Positions 16,227 to 24,407 of a DNA stretch of 36,437 nt are shown here, piece by piece. Numbering within the stretch: position 1 is the first letter of the stretch; every line of letters begins with the position of its first letter. The position numbers and the translations under genes are program-made. The stretch is taken from positions 1 through 36,437 of the forward strand of contig JAYZBQ010000047.1 of the NCBI GenBank assembly GCA_036338695.1. The letters run 5' to 3'. The DNA is from Myxococcota bacterium (lineage in GTDB: Bacteria > Myxococcota > UBA4151). The notes beneath the pieces were generated by a model. It saw nothing but the letters and a program-made list of their open reading frames with translations. It did not search any database and had not been told where the DNA came from.

Positions 16227-17564
16227 ATGACGATCTCGAAAATTTTGGTCGCGAACCGTGGCGAGATCGCCATGCGGGTGATCCGCGCCGCACGCGATCT
16301 CGGCATCCCAACCGTTGCGGTCCACTCGACGGTCGACCGTGAGAGTCCGCACGTTCGCATGGCGGATCAGGCCTTCTGCATCGGCCCTGCGGCGAGCAGC
16401 GAGAGCTACCTTAATATCCCCACGCTCCTGTCGGTCTGTGAAGTCACCGGCGCCGACGCGGTGCATCCCGGCTATGGTTTCTTGTCGGAAAATGCCCAAT
16501 TTGCTGAGCTATGCGGCGTCTCAGGGATCACCTGGATCGGGCCTCCCCCGTCGGCGATTAACGCCATGGGTGACAAAATCCGAGCGCGTGAGCTGATGCA
16601 AGAAGCGGGGGTCCCGATCCTCCCGGGAACGCCCGGCGCCATTGAAGACGTCGCCGAGGCGCGTGCGCTGGCCGAAGAGATCGGCTTTCCGATGATCCTC
16701 AAAGCCGCAGCGGGCGGCGGCGGCCGTGGGATGAAAATCGTCGAACGCGCCGAAGACCTTGAGCAGAGCTGGTTGACCTGCTCAGCCGAGGCGGAGGCAG
16801 CTTTCGGAAGCGGCGCGGTCTATATGGAGCGCTTCCTGCGCTCGCCGCGGCACGTCGAGTTTCAGGTCGTGCTGGATCAGTACGGAGAGGGTGTTCACCT
16901 GTTTGAGCGTGACTGCTCGGTGCAGCGACGCCACCAAAAGCTGGTCGAAGAGGCGCCCTGCGTCGTGCTCGAAGAGTCGGCGCGGCAGGAGCTCGGCGCG
17001 CTCTGCGTCGAGGCGAGTAAAAAGATTGGTTACGTTGGGGTGGGGACCTTCGAATTCCTCTACGACACCGACGGCTCGCTGTACTTCATGGAGATGAACA
17101 CGCGCATCCAGGTCGAGCACCCCGTGACCGAAGCGATCACCGGAGTCGACTTAGTGCGCCTGCAGATCGAGATCGCTCAAGGCGCACACCTGCCGTTCAC
17201 GCAAGCCGAGGTCCCGGGTCCTTTTGGGCACGCGATGGAGTTTCGGATCAACGCCGAGACGCCTGACAAGTTCCTGCCCTCGCCAGGGCTGATCACCAAG
17301 TACGAACCAGCCGGCGGGATCGGCGTGCGCGTCGATGGTGTGGCTCATGCCGGCTACACCGTCTTACCCCACTACGACTCCATGGTCGCCAAGCTCATCG
17401 TTCATGGCGCCGATCGAGAGCAGTGCCTGCAGCGCGCGCGGCGTGCGCTCCATGAGTACCGTATCGAGGGCATCTCAACGACGATCCCGTTTCACCTGCG
17501 GCTCCTCGAGAATGAGCGCTTCGTCGCAGGGGACTATGACACCCACCTCTTAGCGACGATGTGA
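16227..17564 (+). CDS. accC: Acetyl-CoA carboxylase biotin carboxylase
   Basis: KILVANRGEIAMR, HPGYGFLSEN, KAAAGGGGRGM, ERDCSVQRRHQK, EMNTRIQVEHPVTE. Confidence 0.97.
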   Translation: MTISKILVANRGEIAMRVIRAARDLGIPTVAVHSTVDRESPHVRMADQAFCIGPAASSESYLNIPTLLSVCEVTGADAVHPGYGFLSENAQFAELCGVSGITWIGPPPSAINAMGDKIRARELMQEAGVPILPGTPGAIEDVAEARALAEEIGFPMILKAAAGGGGRGMKIVERAEDLEQSWLTCSAEAEAAFGSGAVYMERFLRSPRHVEFQVVLDQYGEGVHLFERDCSVQRRHQKLVEEAPCVVLEESARQELGALCVEASKKIGYVGVGTFEFLYDTDGSLYFMEMNTRIQVEHPVTEAITGVDLVRLQIEIAQGAHLPFTQAEVPGPFGHAMEFRINAETPDKFLPSPGLITKYEPAGGIGVRVDGVAHAGYTVLPHYDSMVAKLIVHGADREQCLQRARRALHEYRIEGISTTIPFHLRLLENERFVAGDYDTHLLATM

Positions 17565-20170
17565 TGATCGCCTGGCTCGGCATGGCGGCGTTGGTGCTCT
17601 CGGCACCCCCCGCCCGACGCGCCCCTGAGCGCTGCACCACCCTGCTCGAGTGTGAACTCTCTTGCCCTGAGATCTCTGTTCAAGCGCAGCGCAAGTCGCC
17701 TCAAGGGCAAGACGTCACCTTCTGTGACCCAGTCGGTGAAGAGGTCACGTGGCACAACGAGCGGACGCGTGCTGCGCAAGGCGAGCGCTTCGGTGAGCAG
17801 CGCACGGGGCGCTGGCGCTATTGGTATCCAAGCGGCGTGCTCGAGTCCGACCGCCACTACGCCGACACCGGCGCGCCCCATGGCAAGCAACAATTCTGGC
17901 ACCCCAACCGGCGCAAAAAGAAAACGGCACACTACGACGAGGGGATCCTCGATGGCAGCTACACCACCTGGCATGCCAACGGGACACGCTCCGAGCAAAG
18001 GACCTACAAGGCGGGGAGCCTGATCGATGCGGTCCGGCAATGGCACGCCAACGGTCGCCTCGCAGCGCTTGGCACCATTAAAGGACAGACGATCCATTGG
18101 GAGCGCTATTTTTCCACGGGTAAGCTCGGCCTGCGCGGACAGGTCGAAGCCAAAGGCGACCGACTCGACCTCGGCGAGGCGGTGCGACCGACCGGTGAAT
18201 GGACCCTCTACACGGCGCGCGGACGCACTGTAGTCGAGATGCGGTTTCAGGACGGCCTGATCGATGGCGACTACAAGCGCTCGTTCACCAACGGTCAGCC
18301 CATGCTCAACGAGACCTACGACCGAGGTCAGCCCGTGGGGACGCACACGGCCTATTACCGCAACGGAAAACTGCGCAAAAAGACCCGCTACACCCGTCAG
18401 CGAAACCAAGCGACGACCGCCCGATTTAAAGCCTATTACCCAACCGGCACGATCCAGCGCTCAGGCACGCTGAAAGATCAACGAGAGGCGGGCGTTTGGC
18501 AGCGGTTTGATCGCCAGGGCTTCCTGCTTGAACAGACCGACTACCGGAAGGAGCCGGCGCAGCGCGAGGTCTATGACAGTTTTGGCACTTTGCGTGCGCA
18601 AGGCGCGCTCAAAAAGGGGCTCAAGCAGGGCGTATGGCGCGTCTTTGACGCCACCGAGCTCAAGCGTGAGGAGGGCGCCTACAAGGACGGCCGCCGTGAC
18701 GGGCTGTGGCGCTTTTGGAACGCCGACGGCAAGCCGCTCGCCAAGGGTGAATTCGACCAAGGCCGGCGCGTTGGGCCGTGGCGATACGACCACCCCGAGG
18801 GGGGGAAATGGTTCATCGTCAAACCGATCGAGGTCTCCGATGAAGCCGACGGGCGCTACCTGCACCGCGGCCGCCGAATTGCGGCCTGCGATAAGCTAGC
18901 GGACGGGGGCCGCTGCCACGGCGTCTCGGTCTTTGACCCCAAAGGGCGGCTGCGCGTCCGCGTCACCCTCCCCGCCGACTGGCAAGCAGCAGCCGAGGCG
19001 GACTGCCGAAAGAAACGGTCGCAGACCAACGCCTTGTGCCGTCAAGACCACGGGGACCTGCTGCACGCTATCGAGAGCCTCGATAAGCTCCTCTCCAGGC
19101 GGCGCCTTCAGCGCAGAGCCGATTGCTGGACCGCGGGCGGTGAGCCCGAGCGATGCCCGCCGCTGGATCGCTCGTTTCTCCCCTCGTCGCGCATCACGAC
19201 CAACGCCGAGCCCTCCCAAGCCACCCTCAAGTTGCCGTTTAGCACCTGCTCCAGCGCCGAATCGTGCAGCCAAGAATGCCGCAGCTGGGTCGAGCAAAAC
19301 GACCCCTTCGCCACGACCACCCAAGCCGCCAAGCAGGGCAAGGAGCTCCTCTGTGAACCCAGCGGACCCTTTGTCCTCTTTCACAACCCGCGCACGCGGC
19401 AGCCGGCGATCGTCGGCGCGCGCGCCCTGGCACATCGCCAGGCGCCGCGCGCAGAATTTCATGGGCCGTGGTCTCGGTTCCACGCCAACGGGGCCTTGGC
19501 TGAGCAAGGCACCTACGAAAAGGGGCGGAAACTCGGGGTCTGGAGACGGTTTCACGAGAACGGCATGAAGGCGCGCGAGGCGACCTATAAGGAGGACCTC
19601 GAGATGGGGCTTGCGACGACGTGGCACGCGAGCGGCAAAGTGCTCGCCCGCGGCCGTTTTGCACAAGGCGTTCGGGTGGGTACATGGAGCTTCTTTGATG
19701 ACGCTGGCCAGCCGACCAGCAAAGGCGACTTCAAGTCGGGACAGCGTCACGGTCGCTGGCTGCTCTTTGACGAGAACGGAAAACCCAGCAGCAAAGGCCG
19801 CTACGCCAAGGGGCGCATGGTCGGGCGTTGGACCTACTTCGACCCGAGCGGGCGCAAACGGGGGACGTGTACCTGGACACCCCAAGACCAAGATGACCGC
19901 CAAGTTTGTCGCCGAAACAATGGGATCAAGATCCGTGAGGGGCTGGTCCGTGAAGGGTTAGAAGAGGGCGTCTGGCGCTATTTTCACCGCAACGGAAAAA
20001 AGAAGGCTGAAGGCGCTTTGCGCGCAGGACAACGCCAGGGGGTCTGGCGGTTCTGGCATCCGAGCGGAAAAAAGAAGGCGAAGGGTTCGTACAGCCAAGG
20101 CGAAAAATCCGGGCGCTGGCGCTGCTGGGATGACGACGGGCGCGCCGTGAAATGCAAGAAAGCACCTTGA
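17561..20170 (+). CDS. Exported MORN-2/YwqK-like repeat protein with two tandem Cys-capped modules
   Basis: N-terminal hydrophobic signal; many GxWxx(W/F)(H/Y/D)xxG repeats; GTGA overlap with accC. Confidence 0.85.
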   Translation: MMIAWLGMAALVLSAPPARRAPERCTTLLECELSCPEISVQAQRKSPQGQDVTFCDPVGEEVTWHNERTRAAQGERFGEQRTGRWRYWYPSGVLESDRHYADTGAPHGKQQFWHPNRRKKKTAHYDEGILDGSYTTWHANGTRSEQRTYKAGSLIDAVRQWHANGRLAALGTIKGQTIHWERYFSTGKLGLRGQVEAKGDRLDLGEAVRPTGEWTLYTARGRTVVEMRFQDGLIDGDYKRSFTNGQPMLNETYDRGQPVGTHTAYYRNGKLRKKTRYTRQRNQATTARFKAYYPTGTIQRSGTLKDQREAGVWQRFDRQGFLLEQTDYRKEPAQREVYDSFGTLRAQGALKKGLKQGVWRVFDATELKREEGAYKDGRRDGLWRFWNADGKPLAKGEFDQGRRVGPWRYDHPEGGKWFIVKPIEVSDEADGRYLHRGRRIAACDKLADGGRCHGVSVFDPKGRLRVRVTLPADWQAAAEADCRKKRSQTNALCRQDHGDLLHAIESLDKLLSRRRLQRRADCWTAGGEPERCPPLDRSFLPSSRITTNAEPSQATLKLPFSTCSSAESCSQECRSWVEQNDPFATTTQAAKQGKELLCEPSGPFVLFHNPRTRQPAIVGARALAHRQAPRAEFHGPWSRFHANGALAEQGTYEKGRKLGVWRRFHENGMKAREATYKEDLEMGLATTWHASGKVLARGRFAQGVRVGTWSFFDDAGQPTSKGDFKSGQRHGRWLLFDENGKPSSKGRYAKGRMVGRWTYFDPSGRKRGTCTWTPQDQDDRQVCRRNNGIKIREGLVREGLEEGVWRYFHRNGKKKAEGALRAGQRQGVWRFWHPSGKKKAKGSYSQGEKSGRWRCWDDDGRAVKCKKAP

Positions 20171-20186
20171 GTCTGAACAGGTCGTC

Positions 20187-20214
20187 TTGACCTTTAGAGA
20201 GGCCTCAATAGTCT
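20187..20214 (+). promoter_or_regulatory. Possible sigma70-type promoter for the TPR gene
   Basis: TTGACC (20187-20192), 16-nt spacer, TAGTCT (20209-20214), 22 nt before the GTG. Confidence 0.35.
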
Positions 20215-20236
20215 TTGCTCAGGTGGGGGCGTCAGG

Positions 20237-22183
20237 GTGTCGGACCAAAAGCGCAAAAATCGGATCGAAGCGGCAGCGAAGCTGGCTCAAAAAGGGCAGC
20301 TCGATAAAGCCATCGAAGCCTACTATGCGCTGCGCGACGAAGACGCTGCCGATATGCGGACGCAGCATAAACTGGCCGAGGTGCTCGCTCGCAACGGGCA
20401 GCCTCAAGAAGCGCTCGAGGTCTTGCTCACCGTCGCAGAACATCACACGCGCCAAGGGTTCTTCGCCCGAGCCGTCGCGGTGTACAAACAGGCGCAGCGG
20501 CTCGCCCCAAACAACCCAAAGGTGCACAGCCGGCTCGCGGATCTGCACCTCAAGATGGAGCTCAAGGCGGAAGCCATCGCCAGCCTGACGACGGCGATTC
20601 GCATCCATCAAAAGGCTGGAGAAGACCGAGAGGCCGTCGGGCTGCTCAAGCGCTTGGTCCAGATCGCACCGGAGAACGTCTCGGCGCTCCTGCGTTATGG
20701 TGACGCCCTGATCAAGTCAGGGCAACGGGACCAGGGGCTCACGCACATCCGCAACGCAGCCGAGACGCTCAAGACCCAAAAACGACTCGCCGAGTTCATC
20801 AAGGTCGCCGAGCGCCTGATCAAGCTTGAGCCGGGCGATGTGGGGGTGATCCTGAGCGTCGCGCAGGCTCATATCGATCAGGGCAACCCGCGGGCGGCGC
20901 TCGGGCGCGTACAAGCGGTCTTTAAAAACGAGCCGCGCAACCCCGAGACGCTCGCCATTATGGCTGCGGCTTTTCTCGGCTTGGATCAGCCTAAGAAGGC
21001 GGCGCGTGTGATGCGTGAGCGGGCGCTCGTGCTCGAGCAAACCGGTCACCCCGCCGAGGCCAAAGCCTTGTTTGAGCAGGTGCTTGAGCTCACCCCTGGG
21101 GACCGAGAGGCGATGCGCTTTTTGCAGCTCGATCCCCAGTTTACAGGCCAGTCACCGAGCACCCGGCAAGCGCCCGACCCGCTCGAGCCCGTGCGCTCGG
21201 AAGCCACGGGCATGTTCAACCGGCGCGAGTCGACCCAGGTCAACCGCTTAGCCGCCGAAGCGGAGAGCTTCTCGCAACTCGGGCTGCTGAACCGAGCGCG
21301 CGACTACTTGATCCGGGCGGTCCAGATGCGCAGCGAAGACATCGCCATGCGGCAGCGGCTTCTGCAGACCTACATCGACCTCGATGATAAGTCCGGCGCC
21401 GTTCGACAGCTAATTGCGCTGATCGAAGAGTCGGCAGCGCAGGGCAACACCGACCAAGAGGCGCAATTCCGCAAACAGCTCCAAGAGCTCGGTGAGACCG
21501 TGGTCAAGAGCAACGCCACCAACGGCTCGTGGAACACCGACGACCTCGACGAGCTCCTCGCCGCTGCGACCGCCGAGCTCGCCGACAACGAACTCGACGT
21601 CTCGATGACGGTCGATCCGATTAATCAAGTCCTCGCCGATATCGACCTAGCCATCCGGCAAGGTCAGCAGGATAAAGCGATTCAGCTCACGCAGGACAGC
21701 CTCGAGATTTTCCCGGACCACCCGGAGCTCACGATCCGGCTTGAACAGCTTGAGGCACGCCGTGCGGCGCGCACAGCAGGCCCACGCGTCCCGGCGCTAC
21801 CGAGCGGTATCCCGTCACGCTATTTAGGGATCCGAGATCAGATCAACTCAGGCGGCTCGCAAACAGCGATCGACGAGCTACGAGACTGGGTCGAAAAACC
21901 CGTCCCCGGTCAGGCGACCGCCCACTACCTCGCCGGTATTGCGCTGCAAGAGCTTAACAAAATACCGCGTGGGATCAGCTTCCTCAAGCGCGCCTTGCAT
22001 GGCGAAGACCTCCCAGAGGACCTCCGGATCTACGTCCACTATGAGCTCGCCTGCGCCTATCAAAGCATCGAAGACCTTGACGAGGCGAGCTACTACCTCA
22101 AACGCGTCGTTCGCCACGATGCGGCCTTCCTCGACGCAAAGCAGCGGCTCGAACGGATCACGAAGACACCACAACCCGCTTGA
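20237..22183 (+). CDS. Tetratricopeptide repeat protein, SgmX-like (T4P/polarity scaffold)
   Basis: N-terminal TPR array starting RIEAAAKLAQKGQLDKAIEAY; C-terminal TPRs HYELACAYQ...DAAFLDAKQRL; downstream of accC in a pil locus as recalled for M. xanthus sgmX. Confidence 0.8.
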   Translation: MSDQKRKNRIEAAAKLAQKGQLDKAIEAYYALRDEDAADMRTQHKLAEVLARNGQPQEALEVLLTVAEHHTRQGFFARAVAVYKQAQRLAPNNPKVHSRLADLHLKMELKAEAIASLTTAIRIHQKAGEDREAVGLLKRLVQIAPENVSALLRYGDALIKSGQRDQGLTHIRNAAETLKTQKRLAEFIKVAERLIKLEPGDVGVILSVAQAHIDQGNPRAALGRVQAVFKNEPRNPETLAIMAAAFLGLDQPKKAARVMRERALVLEQTGHPAEAKALFEQVLELTPGDREAMRFLQLDPQFTGQSPSTRQAPDPLEPVRSEATGMFNRRESTQVNRLAAEAESFSQLGLLNRARDYLIRAVQMRSEDIAMRQRLLQTYIDLDDKSGAVRQLIALIEESAAQGNTDQEAQFRKQLQELGETVVKSNATNGSWNTDDLDELLAAATAELADNELDVSMTVDPINQVLADIDLAIRQGQQDKAIQLTQDSLEIFPDHPELTIRLEQLEARRAARTAGPRVPALPSGIPSRYLGIRDQINSGGSQTAIDELRDWVEKPVPGQATAHYLAGIALQELNKIPRGISFLKRALHGEDLPEDLRIYVHYELACAYQSIEDLDEASYYLKRVVRHDAAFLDAKQRLERITKTPQPA

Positions 22184-22255
22184 CCTTCTGGGCAGAGCGA
22201 TCAATGAGACGAGGGTCGAACGGCAATCGGTGCGATCTTGGCTTTGCGTTCACGT

Positions 22256-22331
22256 GCGGGACTAACTCAGTTGGTAGAGTGCCAGCTTCCCAAGCTGGAT
22301 GTCGCGGGTTCGAGTCCCGTGTCCCGCTCCA
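22256..22331 (+). tRNA. tRNA-Gly (anticodon CCC)
   Basis: 76 nt. Acceptor stem GCGGGAC/GTCCCGC, D-stem ACTC/GAGT, anticodon arm CCAGC-TTCCCAA-GCTGG, T-loop TTCGAGT, U73 discriminator, encoded CCA. Confidence 0.97.
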
Positions 22332-23473
22332 CCCGAACGCAGGTCAAGTTGGCGCTCCTTTGCGGCGTGGCAGCCGCGCTCGCGGGGTGCATCCCCGAGA
22401 GCGAAGAGGTCGCGTTCGATCAAGTCCCCAGTGAAGGCGAATTAACGGTCCTTGCGGAGGGCGAGCCAGGACTCAAGGTCCTCGACCCGCGCAACGGCTG
22501 GTGGCCTGTCGCTGCCTTCTCTCAAGACGACGTCCTACACGTCGGCTGGTGCAACGGCCGCACCGGCTACGTCTGGTACGCGCGGCAAGGGCTCGACGGG
22601 CGCTGGACCAAAGAGCCCATCGACACCTCACCGGGCGCCGGGCGCTACATGACGATGACGCTCGGCCGCGACGGGCGCCCGATCTTTGCCTATCAGGTCC
22701 AAGAGTTGGGCATCTACCGCTTGCTCCGCCAGACCGAGACAGGCTGGAACCAGTCGATCATCTCCAAGGTCGATGGGGACGGGCGAGCAGGGCGCTTGTT
22801 CGAGAGCAAAGACGGGCGACTCCACCTGGTCTATTTTGGCGTCAATGAGGGGTTTCAGTACAGCTACACGGACCTCAAGGGGACCTGGCACCACGAGGTG
22901 ATCACCAAAGAGGCGCAGGGCTCGCACTCCGTGCGTCCGGACCTGTTCGTTCACGACGATGGCCGCGTCACCGTGATGTATGGTGATGCGCGCATGGTCA
23001 AAACAGGGCTTGAGCGCGCCGAGCGTGATCTCAAGGGCAAGTGGACGGTCACGAGCGTGGACACGCACAAGAGCCCAGGCCGCAGCGTCAAGTTCGTGGG
23101 TCAAGGGAGCGACCCGACCACCGAGTGGGTGTACAGCGTCAACGGTCGTGCGTGGATCAAGCTGGGTGCGAAGGGGCAAAAGACGCGCTGGATTGCGCGG
23201 CACGCATCGTTCGTGCGCGCAGCACGTGACCCGGACCAGCGGCTCGTCATCCTCACCGGCGGGACGGATCAAACGCTGACCACCTACTCGAGGCACGCCT
23301 ATCTGATTCGCTATGATAAACGGCACAAGAAGCACCGGCACTTCAAGATCGGCGACGCCACCGTGGTTCACGCGGACTTAGCGATCGACTCCAAGGGGCG
23401 CATCGTGTCGGTGTTCACCAACGAACCAGACGGGACGATGTACGTCCACAGCCTCAAGCCAGATCAGTACTAA
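22319..23473 (+). CDS. Lipoprotein with BNR-like/beta-propeller repeats; start uncertain (GTG 22319 or TTG 22349)
   Basis: Lipobox LAGC (Cys codon 22388-22390); repeats with W-x-x-E/S-x-I/V-D/S followed by DGR-x-H/I-x-x-Y. Confidence 0.75.
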   Translation: MSRSTRTQVKLALLCGVAAALAGCIPESEEVAFDQVPSEGELTVLAEGEPGLKVLDPRNGWWPVAAFSQDDVLHVGWCNGRTGYVWYARQGLDGRWTKEPIDTSPGAGRYMTMTLGRDGRPIFAYQVQELGIYRLLRQTETGWNQSIISKVDGDGRAGRLFESKDGRLHLVYFGVNEGFQYSYTDLKGTWHHEVITKEAQGSHSVRPDLFVHDDGRVTVMYGDARMVKTGLERAERDLKGKWTVTSVDTHKSPGRSVKFVGQGSDPTTEWVYSVNGRAWIKLGAKGQKTRWIARHASFVRAARDPDQRLVILTGGTDQTLTTYSRHAYLIRYDKRHKKHRHFKIGDATVVHADLAIDSKGRIVSVFTNEPDGTMYVHSLKPDQY

Positions 23474-23525
23474 AAATCTGAGACAAGTTCGTTACGAAGC
23501 GCTCATCTTGCGCTAAAATACGGCC

Positions 23526-24398
23526 ATGAAGCGCCTGAGTCCCAGCGCGAGCCGCCTGCTCGCCGCAGCCTGCCTTGCGGTCTTCCTGCTGCTGTGTCTG
23601 CTCGCCACCCTCCCGGCGCTCAATCTACCCTCCCAACTCCCCGAGAAACTCGCCGAGGTGGAGCTCCAGATCAAGCAGCCGGCTCAAGACGAGCTCCCCT
23701 TTCTGGCGCAAGACGAACCGGAGAAAGTGTCACCCGACAATCCGGATGCGCGCACCGCAGACGCCTACAATCGGCATGTCGAGCGAGAGACGATGGCGCG
23801 CCGAACACGCCCTGCGCGCGACCGCCTCAAACCCGAAGCACAACCTGCGCCCGCGCCGTCGCCGGCGCCGCCGACCGAGGTCGCGCCGGACGCCTCGAGC
23901 GAGCTCGCGCTCGACCTCGACTTCATGCGCCAACCGCCCAAGCCATCCTCGGTCGACCTCTTCAATCTGCCCGACCTAACGGGGGGACCCCGCCTACCGG
24001 ACCTCCAAGTGGAGGAGGGTGAGCGCACCTGGCTCAGCTCACGAGGCGTACGCTACGGAGGGTTCTTTCGCCGGCTACAGAATTCCATCGCCCGCCAGTG
24101 GGACCCGGTCTCAGCCCTCAGGCGCCGAGACCCGACAGGGCTCCTTTACGGCACGCAGGATCGTCAGACGGTCTTGCGCCTCCGGCTCAACGCCAACGGC
24201 TACCTCCTCGAGCGACCCAAAATTATCCGCGGCAGCGGGCTTAAGCTCCTCGATCAAGAGGCGATCCGAGCGGTCGTCGCAGCGGCTCCCTTCGCCAACC
24301 CACCAAAATCGTTACTACGTAACGGAGTCATTGACCTGCACAGGTTCAGCTTCTACTTCGAGATAGACCGATCGCGATATTACCTCCGAAGAGACTAG
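23526..24398 (+). CDS. TonB C-terminal domain (energy transducer-like) membrane protein
   Basis: N-terminal TM helix, Pro-rich linker, C-terminal FFRRLQNSIARQWDP...RGSGLKLLDQEAIRAVVAAAPFANPP. Confidence 0.8.
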   Translation: MKRLSPSASRLLAAACLAVFLLLCLLATLPALNLPSQLPEKLAEVELQIKQPAQDELPFLAQDEPEKVSPDNPDARTADAYNRHVERETMARRTRPARDRLKPEAQPAPAPSPAPPTEVAPDASSELALDLDFMRQPPKPSSVDLFNLPDLTGGPRLPDLQVEEGERTWLSSRGVRYGGFFRRLQNSIARQWDPVSALRRRDPTGLLYGTQDRQTVLRLRLNANGYLLERPKIIRGSGLKLLDQEAIRAVVAAAPFANPPKSLLRNGVIDLHRFSFYFEIDRSRYYLRRD

Positions 24399-24407
24399 CT
24401 CGAATCG

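Noticed and set aside
17561..20170. Toxin-antitoxin module (YwqJ/YwqK type)
   Set aside because: The neighbours are accC and a TPR gene; no toxin ORF is adjacent.
22180..22208. Sigma70 promoter for the tRNA (TTGACC at 22180)
   Set aside because: No acceptable -10 hexamer at 16-18 nt spacing.
22238..22318. ORF-track start at TTG 22238 reading through the entire tRNA
   Set aside because: It would put the lipobox Cys at residue 51 and translate a complete canonical tRNA; later starts fit better.
22256..22331. tRNA-Gly as an integration site for a prophage or island
   Set aside because: No integrase, no duplicated tRNA 3' end and no obvious composition shift seen in the window.
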